A stretch of DNA of 64,000 nucleotides. It comes from Marsupella aquatica (Eukaryota; Plantae; Marchantiophyta). A program made the translations under genes and the position numbers. The stretch is taken from positions 5,039,976 through 5,103,975 of the forward strand of contig OZ316897.1 of NCBI GenBank assembly GCA_973895155.1, written 5' to 3'. Below are positions 24,501-36,600 of the stretch, in pieces. The notes under the pieces are model-generated. The model searched no databases. It worked only from the letters and a program-made list of their open reading frames with translations, and had not been told where the DNA came from. The stretch's first letter is position 1; the number at the start of each line of letters is the position of its first letter.

Positions 24501-26205
24501 GACTTACGCCAAGATGAACCAGATGGAGTCTGTCATCATTGCAGAGCTCGACAAGGAGCTAAAAGCAACCCAGGAGGAGAGGACTACCTTGAAACAAGAA
24601 CGGGAGGAAGCCCAGAAGGAACTAGAGGAGGCACGCAAGGACCTGGATGAGACCCAGGAGGAGTTGGAGGAAATCACGAGGAAGATGGAGAACCTCCAGC
24701 GGCAGGCCGACAACCAAACGGAGCGGCTGAAGAAACAAGCCGCAGTATTTAGGTGCTTGTCTTCATCAGGCCCAACTCCAATTGGGGCAACCAAGTTACC
24801 AGGAGTGGTACTGGCCGAAGAAAAAGCCGCGCCAACTGCACCAGTGCCGGAGGTAAGTGGGAAGGGGAAGGGACCAGCTGCCGAACCAGAAAAGAAGAAA
24901 AAGCGGAAACCTTCAGGGTCAAGGAGTAATCCGACTCCACAAGCCGTGGTGACCAAAGAGGTAGAACCAGCACCATCCTCCGACATGAATACGGCAATAG
25001 ATCCCGCTATGATCACAGGTAGGGATGGTGCGGCCCAAGCCGAACTACTCAGTAAGGAGGCCAATATTCCAGATCCGCCTCTTGAGCAGGCCGGGGAGAC
25101 CGTAGCCGAGGCTGAGGCCGTAACCGATTCTCGAGCCGATGCCGACGCCGATGGTGGACCCAGTCAGGCCGATGGAGAGTTGACTCAGTCAAGGGCAGGT
25201 AATCTGTCAGGGAATGAGCCTACGGCAGTGGCTAAGGAGGAAGCGTTGGGGGCATCCATTAAGGATCCACCACCGGTGTCGTGACGGTGCAAGGGCGCCA
25301 TTCCTTTTAGGGAGGGCGGACGTGGAGGGAGGAGGCGTGAGTGGGCAGGGTGGGCGCGGATCTCCACGTTTAGGATTAGGATCAGAACCAGGAGCGGCCC
25401 TGACACTTAGCTTAGTGGGATTGCGGTCCCACTGGTAGGAGCAACACTTGTGCTCCTGCCTTGCTGTACATAGGTAGATTCGGGCAAGTAGATTACTGTT
25501 AAGTAGATTAGGCTTACGATGCAAAGAATGGCGGATCCACTACCAGAATAAGTACCTGGGCAGCGGGGAGCTCAGGGCCTCTTCTTTAGCAAGTTTTTAG
25601 TTTGCACCAGCCGGGCTGGGATCAAGTAGTACGAGAAGCTCTCGGTTAGTCATACAGTGACCCTTGTGTATATTCATGTTTCCTCATGCCTAAGAGCTGA
25701 ATAGAGTTGGCCTCACGGCTTAGTTCGCAGAACTTGTGTATGAGATGTACTGTTTGTATGGCAAGTGCATGGTATGACTCAGTCAGAATGAGTCATTTTG
25801 CTATTTGTGTGTCGCATTAACTTGTGTGAAGAGTGCCCACATCAACAGAAGGAAGGAAAGTAAGCAGGGGAGTGAGAGTTGGATGTGTCGAGCTAAGAGA
25901 GGTCTTAGCGGCTTAACCAAGCCTATTGGGGATCATTCCGGCGGCGGAATCCAAACATACCTAACAAGACGGAGGGGAAGACAGGGGAAGACAGGGGAAG
26001 GCCTATATTAGGCCGGCTACGTATCTCATGACCCGATGAAGGATCTGTCCAGTATATGTGTGTAAAATGTTAATAGTAGTAGTAGAAGGTTAGCAGCGTC
26101 CCATGCCGCTAAGCCGCAGAAACGGCCTCGCCAAGCACGAAAACTGCAGGAATCGGCTTGAGCTGGGGGGTTTCTTGGGTTTAGGGAGCCATGGGACGCA
26201 CCACA
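21537..26205 (+). mobile_element. Solo LTR of family A (4669 bp) inserted into the RT of a same-family element
   Basis: TGTG...CACA ends; 5-bp TSD TATAA at 21532-21536 and 26206-26210; removing it restores the RT frame GYNQIRI. Confidence 0.95.
21652..25284 (+). CDS. Intact LTR-encoded protein (1210 aa; probable start M at 21910): plant-mobile-domain/Transposase_32-like region plus a long coiled coil and a basic NLS-like patch
   Basis: Open for 3.6 kb wholly inside the solo LTR; LLEFVGSW...IYGKDFYLTPKVIAEVFGLP resembles accessory ORFs of plant retroelements; E/K/Q-rich heptads ~24000-24740; KKKKRK. Confidence 0.8.
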   Translation: MEPGPRPEVRLRVKTRLGLGRVKRRRLGRINGKKDRRRRGVRSACRRWWLICEHELGRRLREANYCQLLRQALGERVDTDDRPKEGMSNVNQAAHFWGCLFERATEYIKTYEDEESERAARERQELARLWELQKTAFLGGKLIKDEFLWTPTSNQLDDLLFCKNSIVGIREAIKNCNDMHWELKGSTERWTQATVLGETSTAAEMKRKGAVNDEATPAKRTRSAAPKKPAEQQNRRQGEAKEEEVDPIKAIPTRDDTWKGWAATLPVEVQLHFAREEDACFTAMQTKKYQGFMAGSGLEAFVRLPWLKPEVPESDLLEFVGSWEPETNCTRIYGKDFYLTPKVIAEVFGLPIGNKTKVDTRKTLPDKEFRSFPGPSTKNGFFRNTCTNPHIGEMIDFLRVTMHCNLPRAEIGKAQVYLAERPDPSRDYNGYLLNQLKKILKEEQQVIGMGSVSRLGYHMPLLCRYARGQTFAPVLPLQVRAPEEAPTPRPLAEKPQPPVSPTIEQVFRPRKEDLPMQQPGMQSLLKLLEKEKKSASATTTAMATMQDTTTEVGLHRLTRENPFAGDKERIRPESKPGVRMYVGTSSSESEAELPEAPTDEEEREKPDVQEVEEAVEDCSHDNSGYGSDHHVLGVRTCGRFVPTLPRVVRGDPNQQSSPESPPPDVAPPSFDGIKQTVQEFQERIKQEEEAALAKEKDLPGGDWPEDIRRLAKKGSKPLAMIEEIRRTAWEQRPRWAMPITSTYSTYAKNRAMEYGEMCGELALGIFGEELEVGPFFHREQLEKHQLAEAVALERSKKDEVIRRLRRMEAEIEDLRAAKKAQDELRIKRHELNIMQGQLDTAQADNQNIKDKLTQTQEELADTIKEREKWKQELKNTEEAHITANSRAMAETQRKEWALKGELEKIRGALEQKEAELGKSYQGIMALQQELASLTASFKADLREKDEMLEQTYAKMNQMESVIIAELDKELKATQEERTTLKQEREEAQKELEEARKDLDETQEELEEITRKMENLQRQADNQTERLKKQAAVFRCLSSSGPTPIGATKLPGVVLAEEKAAPTAPVPEVSGKGKGPAAEPEKKKKRKPSGSRSNPTPQAVVTKEVEPAPSSDMNTAIDPAMITGRDGAAQAELLSKEANIPDPPLEQAGETVAEAEAVTDSRADADADGGPSQADGELTQSRAGNLSGNEPTAVAKEEALGASIKDPPPVS

Positions 26206-28549
26206 TATAACCAAATCAGGATTAGGCAGGAGGACCAAATCAAGACGACATTCATCACGGAATGGGGGATCTATGTCTTCAATCGTATGCCGTTTGGACT
26301 CTGCAACGCACCAGCTATGTTCCAACGATTAATGGTGAACATTTTCCATGACTACTTGAGAAAGTTTATGGAAATCTTCATTGATGACTTTGCAGTCTTT
26401 GGGAAGGCATCAAAGCATGCTAAATACCTCAGGAAAACCTTCATGAGATGTAGAGAGGTAGGTCTCAAGTTACACCCAGATAAATGTTTCTTTGGAGTAG
26501 TAGAGGGTGTGCTACTAGGTCACAAGGTATCAAAGAAGGGCATTGAGATTGATAGGGGTAAACTAGCAGTGTGGCTAGATATCATGCAACCTAAGAACAT
26601 AAAGGATGTGAGATCCTTCTTGGGATGCATTGGTTATTATCGCCGGTTCATCAAGGATTTTGCCAAGCTAGCTTTACCATTAACCAACATGCTCAAGGCA
26701 GGTGCAGACTTTGAACCCACCCCAGAACGAGTAACAGCAGTGGTGGAATTGAAGCAGATGTTAGTGGAGGCCCCAGTCATGATAGCACCAGACTGGAACA
26801 AGGATTTTCATGTCTTTGTAGATGTCTCAGGCTTCTGTATCGGCTCAGTACTAAGTCAGTTGGATGAGAAAGGGAGGGACCATCCCATATACTTTGCCAG
26901 CCGCCAGCTTGCCGATGCCAAACGAAACTACTCCACCATAGAAAGAGAAGCACTAGGAGTCATTTATTCCTGTAAAAAGTTTAGGCATTATTTACTAGGG
27001 TACAAAGTAATCTTTCATACCGATCATGAAAGTTTGAAGTTCCTAGTAAATAAGCCGGACCTTACAGGCAGGGTAGCAAGATGGATTTTGCTATTACAGG
27101 AGTTTGACTATGAGCTAAAAATCAAGTCGGGAAAGCTACATGCCAATGCCGACTTCTTTTCAAGGATCACAGGAGAACCTGCCACGGTTTGCATCGATGA
27201 TCGATTCCCCGACGAGGAGCTCTTCGTTGTGGAAATAGCTGATACATGGTACCCTGAAATTTTACAATTTCTTAGCACATCCAGATTATAGCCAGGGTTA
27301 AGCAGAGAGCAAGCTAGCCGCAGTCTTTCTGCAAAAGGTCAGACAATATCAGTGCATTAAGGGCGTACTACACAGGTATGGAATCAGTGGCACGATCCAA
27401 AGGTGTTTGGAGAAAGGAGAAGTGAAACGAGTCTTAAGGGCTATGCATGGGGAGGAGGCCGGAGGACATTTTGCTCCAGTAACCACGTCTAAAAAGATAT
27501 TAAATGTCGGTTACTGGTGGCCCACCTTGCACAAGGATGTCTATCAGTTTATCAAACAATGCGATCCTTGTCAGCGAGCGGGAGGACCAAGGGCGTCCAC
27601 AAGACATCCACTACACCCTATTCTACCTCTGGCACCATTTGAGAAATGGGGTATTGATTACATTGGACCTCTGAAACCATTGACCCATCCTCGGAGAAAC
27701 AAATACATAATCCTGGCCACGGATTATGCAACTAAATGGGTAGAGGCCAGGCCGACAGCGAAGGATGATGCAATTACTACGGCTCGATTCATGTATGAGC
27801 AGATCTTCACCAGGTATGGCGCACCCCTAGAATTAGTTAGTGATAGAGGAACCCATTTTCTGAATGATATAATTAGTCGTTTAAATGAGCAGTATTTAGT
27901 TAGACATAGACCTACTACTCCCTACCACCCAAAGGCAAATGGGTTGATAGAACGAGCAAATGGAATTATAGGAAAAATATTAAACAAGACCATAGCTCAG
28001 AACAAACTCGATTGGGATGATAAATTGTTTGCTATTGTTTTTGCTTACAATTTAGCCTATAAATCCACTACTGGTCATACACCCTTTTACTTAACCTTTG
28101 GACAGGAAGCACTGGTACCCATGGAACTTGAGATTCCTATATTTCAAGTTACAATTGAGGAGAGAGCCTCAGAGGAGGAAAGCCTAAAGGAGCGAGAATA
28201 TAGATTAGAAGCTTTAGAAGAGGCAAGAATGATTTCAGCTGAGAGAGTAGAATATAGACAGAATATCATGAAGCAACAGTATGATAAAAAATTGAAACCA
28301 GTTAGTATTCACACAGGAGATCTTGTATTACTTTATGATAGTAGGTATAGTAGGTTTCCAGGGAAGCTTTACACTCACTGGCTAGGACCTTTCAGGGTAT
28401 CAATGAAGTTCTCCAATGGCTCAGTGCAATTGGCCAACATTACTGGAGAGGTATACCCAGTTCGCATCCATTACGACCGCCTCAAGAAATACTATATGGA
28501 TGAAGATGAAGTTGTTCGCGAGGATGCTTCACAATTAAGTGGGGAGCTA

Positions 28550-30756
28550 TGTGATGCCTAACCAGGAATCACTAGGCCGGTTAAGTGGGAAAACGGAAGT
28601 GTACCCTAGAAACACCTTAGTATAGTTACAAGAATGAGGAAAATATAAACAATTAAGGGTGACTATGGAACCCGGGCCGAGGCTGGAAGTAAGGACGCCA
28701 GGGGAGAGAATACGATTAGGGTTAGGGCGCACTAAGTGTCGGCGGCTAGGGGTAACCAACGGTAGGGAAGACCAAAGGAGGAGAGGGGTAAGGACAGCTC
28801 GCAAGGAATGGTGACTCATTTGCAAGCACGAACTGGGCAGACGACTACGGGAGGCCAACTACTGTCAGTTGCTTAGACAAGCACTCTGGGCGGGAGCAGA
28901 TACCAACGAATGACTCAAGGAGGGTATGAGTGTGGTAAGTGGAATCATACAAATGTATATACTTTTATCCTTAAATACCAAGATTCGGTCCCGTAAAGAA
29001 TAAACAAAGCGATTTACCAAGGTTTTGTGATGTTCGAAATCTTCAAGCGATTTCTTTGCTGTTTTTCCTTATATAATCCTGAAACGATTAGTATGTCACA
29101 AATGCTGAAATGAAATTCCCTAGGTTCGGCTTCTTCTCGATAGATTGAAAGGTTTTCTCTTCCTTCTAACTTCCTTATACACTTATTAGTGATCGATTTT
29201 ACGTCATGAAGGTTGGTACAATTCCCATTTCAACTAGATTTCAAAGGCACACCTTAGTTATCCATTCAAATCTATTTCCTACAACTAATTCAAACATCAA
29301 AACTTGAATACTTAAGTTTGATTCATGAAATGTTTGAAATTCAATTGATGTGAGTGGTACAAGTCTTCTCCATTAAATTCTTTCTCCTAAGCCCAATTTG
29401 GCATGAGAAAAAGACCCACACTTGGTCAAAAATCAATGTTGAAGAAAAGACAATGAATCATGATCTTGGGAGTCCACTTGTAAGGCTCCCTCAAAAGGTT
29501 TAAGATGCCAGAAGGTTTATAAGCCTAAAAACCTTGTCTCATCTAAACTTAGGGTCCTAAAAGGTAAAATAAGTCTAAGACTCTCTATATCTAATTCCTA
29601 AAGGTACACTAAACTATGTCCCTCTATATCCTACTCTATCTAACTCATGAAAAGGCTCAAGAGGTGAGAAAAGAGATAGAAAATGATTTAAGTAACATAT
29701 GCCAAAAAACCTTGGAGAATCGGTTTGGGTTATTCTGAAGTTGGTCTTTTGCAACCAAACTGAAATTCTCCTTATAGCCCTTGGAAAGAGCTTTCCAACG
29801 CACCAAATATCTCCTCAAACCGACATCAGACCGATCCGCAAGCGTCCGTCAAAGTTGCTGCCAAAAGTCTAAACCGATTTTCCAACTTCCAAAGCGATTC
29901 TTCTGCTTCCTCCCGAAGCGATTTCTTTCGGATTTCTTTGAAAGCGATTGTTTGTCTGAAGCGATTCTTCCTTCTAAACTCAAACTTCTTAGCTTTCTTC
30001 CATAACATTCCTTTGAGGCTTAGAATGGATTAAGGGGTGACAGATAAACCTAAATAAGCTTCAAGTAAGGTTAACATGTTTTTAAATGGATCACTTTCAC
30101 TCCGTAGTTCCTTTTTACCTTTCCACAATGAGCAACGTCAATCAAGCGACACATTTTTGGGGATGCCTATTCGAACGGGCAAGTGAGTACATTGGGACTT
30201 ACAAGGACGAAGAATCGGAGAGAGCAGCTCAAGAACAGCAGGAGCTCGCTCGACTGTGGGAGCTGCAGAAATCTGCCTTCTTAGGAGGAGAACTCATCAA
30301 GGCCGAGTTCTTGTGGACTCCTACTGCCAATCAGCTTGACGACCTTCTGTTTTGCAAAAACAGGATCATCGACATTCGGGAAGCCATCAACCGCTGCAAC
30401 GACATACACTGGGAGTTGAAGAGTAGCACGGAGGGGTGGACAAAGGCAACTGTGCTAGGAGATACATCCACGGTAGCCAAGATGAAGAGGAAAGGAAACA
30501 ACAACGAAGAGGCCACCCCGGCAAAAAGAACGAGGTCGGCGGCACCAAGGAAGCCAACAGAGCAGGGAAGCAGGAGGCAGGCGGAAGCCGAAGAGGAGGA
30601 GGTCAATCCCATCAATGCCATTCCAACAAAGGATGAGACCTAGAAAGGCTGGGTGGCGACCCTACCAGAAGAGGTGCAACTGCATTTTGCATGGGAGGAG
30701 GATGCATGCTTTACGGCCATGCAGACCAAGAAGTACCAGGGCTTCATGGCCGGATC
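28550..30756 (+). repeat. 3' LTR of family A, interrupted at 28931-30127 and truncated at ~30756; PPT at 28537-28546
   Basis: AAGTGGGGAG then TGTGATGCCTA; matches the solo LTR start and ORF (MSNVNQATHFWG...FMAGS). Confidence 0.9.
28931..30127. mobile_element. Solo LTR (1197 bp) of an unrelated family
   Basis: TGTGG...CCACA ends; 5-bp TSD ATGAG (28926-28930 and 30128-30132); AT-rich with repeated AAGCGATT. Confidence 0.9.
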
Positions 30757-31915
30757 TGGGACGATTGTAGACACCGAGAGTCGCGTGACCGAGCCTTTCA
30801 CCATAAGGAATCGTCTCCAACTGCCTGGGGACGAGGGTATGAGCTCGGGTGAACGGAACATTCCTTGGCTTCCTGATTCTCCTCCGAGGCCATTTCAAGA
30901 GAGATTCTCAATTCATTATCCAACTCCCGAACATCCTTCATCGAATGTCTTCTGGGATGTGGAAATTCAGTCTGCCAAATTTCTTGGTCGTATCAATTTC
31001 TATGATACAAACCTTCCTGAGTCTTCATCGCGCCCTTCGCAAAGGCTTCCTAGTGCGCGGTACGTTGCAACTTGAACATTTGGCTTTCGACAAAAGCCAA
31101 AACGCAAGAAGGCAGGGCTCAACGACGAATATGAATCTTTGTTTGATCCGGGATCATCCTAGGATCATAGTGGTCATGGTCTTGGGTAGCGCTTAGCGCT
31201 ACTTATTTCATGGAGGAGACCCACATCCGGTTTGTAGTTTGGAATCGGAGGAGGTGCACTTGGTGCTTTGTTTTGGGGTTAGGTTAGGCTTGTGAATGGG
31301 TTATTTCACCGAGGATTACTCTGTTAGAGTGAGGTTGACTACAGTTCGCAGGGCTCAATGACGGATTTGGGTCTTTCTTTGATCCGACACTTGAATAGAA
31401 TTGTGTGGTTAGACTCTTAGGCCGTCCGGAGATACTTGTTTTGCTTATTTGATCTGTGATCCGGTGAATAATTTTGAATCGGTGGAGGTGGACTTTAGGC
31501 TCCTCATTTTGGAATTTTGTATTGTGCTTCATTAGTAGAAGCGTGTATACACAATGTTTTCGCTTTAGAAAAAATCATTTTGGCTTGAGTTTTGTTAACT
31601 GGTATCATTATGTTTTTCATTTTTGGGTAGCGCCTGGCGCTATGATGTTTCATGGTTGTGTTTCATTATGGTATTCAGTTTTGGGTAGCGCCTAGTGCTA
31701 TGATGTTTTCATGTTTGAGTCGATCGCTATGTTTGGAACCTTGGATGATTAAAAGTGAACACTGCTTTGGATTTCAAGAGTTTTTACCCATTGACTAGCC
31801 AGGTTATTCATGGAATATTCTCTTTCACGTGTTATTTTGGGATATATTGTTGACGTTTTGGTTGAATTATTTTCCTGTTTCCTTTTTGCTATTTCTTGTT
31901 TGGATTTTCCTGTTT
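30757..31915. mobile_element. Fragment sharing the TAGCGCCWGGCGCTA palindrome with the MULE-like element at the right end of the window
   Basis: Palindromes at 31187, 31628 and 31686 (the last two in a 58-bp tandem duplication); abrupt junctions without recognisable termini. Confidence 0.5.
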
Positions 31916-31963
31916 CCTGGCACGGTGGTGATACCCATTTGAACTAACCTAGGTGGGGGTAAG

Positions 31964-32983
31964 TTGGCGGAATCAAGTGATGTTGTGACAGGGATGACAA
32001 GTATCTTGTTGGGGGCAGCCACTACTATAGTGAAAACGCCATTATTTTCAGCTATGGATATGTTATTGGGAGTTAGTCTAGCAGAGGTGTTCAAATTGGC
32101 GGCCACATTATGCGAGGACACTCCAGTTGTTGCTTCACGTGCAGAAGCAACGCCCAATTTTGAAGCAGTGGATTTGAATCCACCTATTGCCAGTAATGAG
32201 ACATGGCATGCAGTAGCGGCAAGGTTGATAGATTTACCAACACGCCCTGCTTATGAGAGGACTAGGTTTAAACCTAGCATCATATCGTTGGATAATCGGA
32301 GTGGTATCTTCTGATTAGTTGGGCCTTCTAGAGCAATATACCAGCCAGAGCGAGTGTTACTGGATACTGGTGCTCAACCCTTGATGTTGGGTAAGTTTGC
32401 AATAAGAGGATTGGGAATGCGTCCTGGTGATTTGGAGGAGTGTCCCTTTCCCATTCAGACTTCATTGGGAGGACCTACACCTACACAACATATCACTCAA
32501 CGAGCACTTGAACTTAGGATTTAGGAGGATCATTCAAAGGATAATTCACGGATCCAGGCTAGAGCTATTTTGACTAAAGCTGAGTCATATGATGTCTTGG
32601 TGGGATGTATAGTTCTCTATCCTATGGGATTTGTTCTTGATTTTTGGAATGAATCGGTGTCGTATCGACCCGATTGGCAATCTGGAGATGCTCAATTGAG
32701 CCAATTGCTAGTGCAATTTAGTGGACCTGTTGGAGGCCCCAAATCTGCACCATTGTCTTTGGCAGCATTCAGTAGTTTGATTACTGGAGCTGATGATTTG
32801 ATTGAGGGTAACGCACATGCAGCAGATGTTCCTACGGTGGAGGAGACACATGAGGAACACTTGATGTATGGATTGCCCATTGATAGTGCTGTGACACCAG
32901 TATGGGGTACTGGACAGGCCTTGCCACAAAGTGCAGCCCGATTGATACATGATGCATGGCATCATGCTTTTACACCGCAATAG
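31964..32983 (+). pseudogene. Family B aspartic protease region
   Basis: In-frame read through stops gives VLLDTGAQPLMLG...YDVLVG. Confidence 0.78.
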
Positions 32984-33643
32984 GAGTACTATCCAGTGGT
33001 GAAAGACCAGTGACTCTTTCACCACCGGATACTACTCCTATTGCATGGCAATATCCACATGAGGGTATTTGTTTGTTGGATTTATTTGGTGGAATTAGCA
33101 CTAGATTGGTGGTCGTTCTTCAAGCCGACATTCTTGTGCGCCGTTATTTGTATGTGGAGATTGATGAGACAGCCCGTAGAGTCTCATTACGTCATGTGGC
33201 ATTGTTGGTCAAACGTTACCCATAGTTGTTGCCAGTGGATGCCGTTCGTGGTTATCAGCATGCATTGCTAGGTGATATTTCATTGTTGGGGGCAGATCAT
33301 TTGCATCGCGTTGGCCCCATTGATTTGGTGATTGCGGGTTGGCCATGTCAGGGTCAATCTAGAGCTGGAGTTGGATATGGACTTCATGATCCACGATCTG
33401 CATTGTTTTGGGAGATGTTACGGGTTTTGCGTCATCTCCAGTTGCATTAGACACATTCCCCTGCCTACATATTGGAGAATGTGCCATTATTGGGTGATGA
33501 TCATCATCGACTTGTTGCCAGTGTTCATCAGGTTAAGTCTTGGATTGGACCTGTTGTGTTATTGGATGCTGCATGTGTGGGTTCTCGTGCACATCGTCCA
33601 CGCTTGTGGTGGACTAATTTGTTACCTTGTGAGGTGTTGAAGC

Positions 33644-36600
33644 TGTTGGGTATTTACTCTTACGTCTAGGTTAGGTATGACGTGGTTGGTACAACAACGT
33701 GGGTTGGTACAACTACGTGGTTAGGTACAACTACGTGATTAGGTACAACTATGTGGTTAGGTACAACTAAGTTGCACACTATATCATAAGAGGCATGTGT
33801 GCTTGGAGAGGTAGAACCAAGGCTCATTGTTATGGAGCCACTTGAGAGATAGGGAGAGCTTACACTGTGGAGACTCGGTATAGCCGACGGGCTTAGAGTT
33901 CAGTAAAGCTCTCTTGTGTGTTCCCGTGGACGTAGCCTCAAGGAGGTGAACCACGTATCTCTTGTGTCGACTATTGTGCGTTGGATGGTTCATGGGCTTG
34001 CCGTTGCGATCGTCGTCTATGCTCAATGATCACTCCTGTCAAATTGAGGGAATTGGGTCTGTGAAGATTCAAATGTTTGATGGCGCTGTGCGCATAGTGT
34101 CCGGAGTCAGGTATGTACCTGGCATGCGTAAGAATCTGATTTCACTCGGTGTGTTGGATTCAAATGGTCATCAATGGAACGTTATTGATGGTGAACTTCA
34201 AGTCAGGTCGGGAGAGACAGTGATTTTGAAGGGGAGTAGACAAAAGAATTTGTATGTGTTACAGGGCAATACTGTATGTGGAGAGGCCAATGTAACCAAG
34301 TCTCACGAGGAGATGACTCAACTGTGGCATTCACGGCTAGGCCACATGAGTGAGAAGGGTTTGGCTATCTTACGGAAGAATGGACTCATTTCTGATTTGC
34401 AATCTTGTAAATTAGAGTTTTGTGAGCATTGCATTCTTGGAAAGCAGCATCGTCGTGCTTTTGGTGTTGGAACTCATCGTTCCAAAGCGGTTCTTGAGTA
34501 CATACATAGTGACGTGTGGGGTCCATCCCCGACTCCCTCACACTCTGGAAAGTTGTACTATGTATCATTTATTGATGATTACTCAAGATTTGTGTGGATT
34601 TATTTCATGACGCATAAGTCTGATGTCTTGTCCATTTTTAAGAAGTGGAAGGCCCAGGTGGAGAATCAGACTGGAAACACGATCAAGTGTTTGGATACAA
34701 GGGTGAAGAGTCTGAGGTCAGACAACGGCGGGGAGTACACTTCAATGGAATTTGAAGAGTACTGTTCAGAACAGGGGATAACTCGCCATCTCACCACAGT
34801 TTATACTCCGCAGCAGAATGGTGTCGCTGAGAGGCTCAATCGGACACTGTTGGAGCGGTCACGGAGTATGTTGAGCCAATCAGGTTTACCACAAGAATTT
34901 TGGGCAGAAGTTGTCAATACCGCAGCTTATTTGGTAAATCTTTCTCCTTCTAGTGCTATCAATTTCAAAACGCCGTTTGAGATGCGCTATAAGCGGCAAG
35001 CAGACTATCATGGCTTGGTAATTTTTGGAAGTGATGCATATGCTCTCACACCAAAGCAGAATAGGACCAAGTTGGATCCTACCTCCAGGAAATGTGTTTT
35101 TCTTGGGTACCAGAGTGGTGTGAAAGCCTATAGGCTATGGGATCCTATTGCCTGTAAGCTCGTTGTCAGTAGGGATGTTTCCTTCAATGAATCCAGATTA
35201 TTGAAGGAGGGGGAGAATACTCAGGTCTCCCGTACTGACAAAGGAAAATCTCCTATCCCGGATCTCGTTGAGGGGGAAATTGGTTATGAGGTGCATGACC
35301 GGAGAGAAGGAGTTGCTCCAATTATGGAGCTGGTTCCTATGCCAGAGGAACCAGAGGAGTTTGTTGATGCTGGTGAGCAACAAGTGGATGCTGTTGAGCT
35401 TCAAATTGTACCAGCACACGCAGATCAACCGGAGTCATCGGCTAGAAGAACATCTGGTCGCACTGTACGCGCTCCATCAAGGTATGGACAGTGGGTTGAT
35501 TCATCTCAACTGCAAGAGGATGATTTTACAGCTGATGATGAGGGTGATGCGTTAATTTTGGAAGAAGGAGAACCTTCTTCATTTCATGAGGCAAGTGCTT
35601 CAAAAGAGAAGCAGAAGTGGACTACAGCAATGCAAACGGAGATGCAGTCACTAAAGGACAACAAAACTTGGGAGCTTGTTAAGCTGCCTAAGGGTCAGCA
35701 AGTGGTGGACAGCAAGTGGATTTACAAGCTGAAGGATAATTCCATAGGAGGTGGATCGAAGGTCTACAAGGCTAGATTGGTAGCAAAGGGATTCACACAA
35801 GAGAAAGGTGTGGATTACAATGAGGTCTTCTCACCAGTTGCTAAGTACTCTACAATACGACTATTGTGTGTACTTGTTGTAATGTTTGGTCTGCTCCTAG
35901 ATCAGATGGATGTTGTCACAGCTTTCCTCTATGGCACATTGGAAGAGGTGATCTTCATGAGACAACCGCTAGGTTTTGTGAAGAGAGGACAGGAGGAATT
36001 GGTTTGCAGATTGCTGAAATCCTTGTATGGGTTGAAGCAGTCACCAAGACAGTGGAACAAGCGGTTTGACGATTGGATTCGGTCACAAGGTTTTCACAGA
36101 AGTGTATTGACCCTTGTGTGTATTTGAAACCGGTGAAGAATGTTGTCTTTGGGTTCATTGTTTTAGTACTTTATGTGGATGACATGCTAATTGCAGCCAA
36201 GGATAGGTCTGAGATTGTTAAGCTCAAGGCACTGCTTAGTGCAGAGTTTAAGATGAAGGACTTAGGGCCAGCTAAGAGGATTTTGGGTATGGAGATCACT
36301 AGGGACTTGGAGGCTGGCAAGCTATGGTTGACGCAAAGTAGTTATGCGAGGAAGGTAATTGCAAGGTTCAACATGGAGAATAGCAAGCCAGTAAGTACCC
36401 CGTTGGCTCCACACTTCAAGTTATCATCAGCGTTCTGTCCTACGGATGACACAGAGAAGGGGTTGATGTCAAAGGTTCCATATGACAAGGCAGTGGGGAG
36501 TCTCATGTATTTGATGACTTGCACTAGACCTGATCTTGCCATGGCTATGGGCAAGGTGAGCAGGTACATGTCGAATCCAGGGAAGGTACACTGGGAAGCA

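Larger units (their letters stand above)
20812..28549 (+). pseudogene. Family A pol (RT-RNaseH-integrase); RT split by the solo LTR at 21537-26205
   Basis: ICQDYRKLN...FMDEYFGYN | QIRIRQEDQIKTTF...FIDDF; RH VDVSGFCIG, EREALG; INT HHCC, WGIDYIGP, SDRGTHF, NGLIER, WLGPF. Confidence 0.93.
13658..30756 (+). mobile_element. Ty3/Gypsy non-chromovirus LTR retrotransposon (Athila/Phygy/Selgy-like, here family A) with giant ORF-bearing LTRs; both ends truncated, two nested solo LTRs
   Basis: 5' LTR ends ...GCACCACA at 17651, tRNA-Asn PBS, gag-PR-RT-RH-INT order, PPT, and a 3' LTR starting TGTGATGCC at 28550. Confidence 0.9.

Noticed and set aside
22113-25524. Numerous antisense and alternate-frame ORFs over the LTR gene and its copies
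   Set aside because: They are shadows of a GC-rich, low-complexity coding strand with no independent motifs.
33962-34026. N-terminus of the 721-aa ORF as real protein
   Set aside because: It is LTR sequence joined to pol by a deletion.
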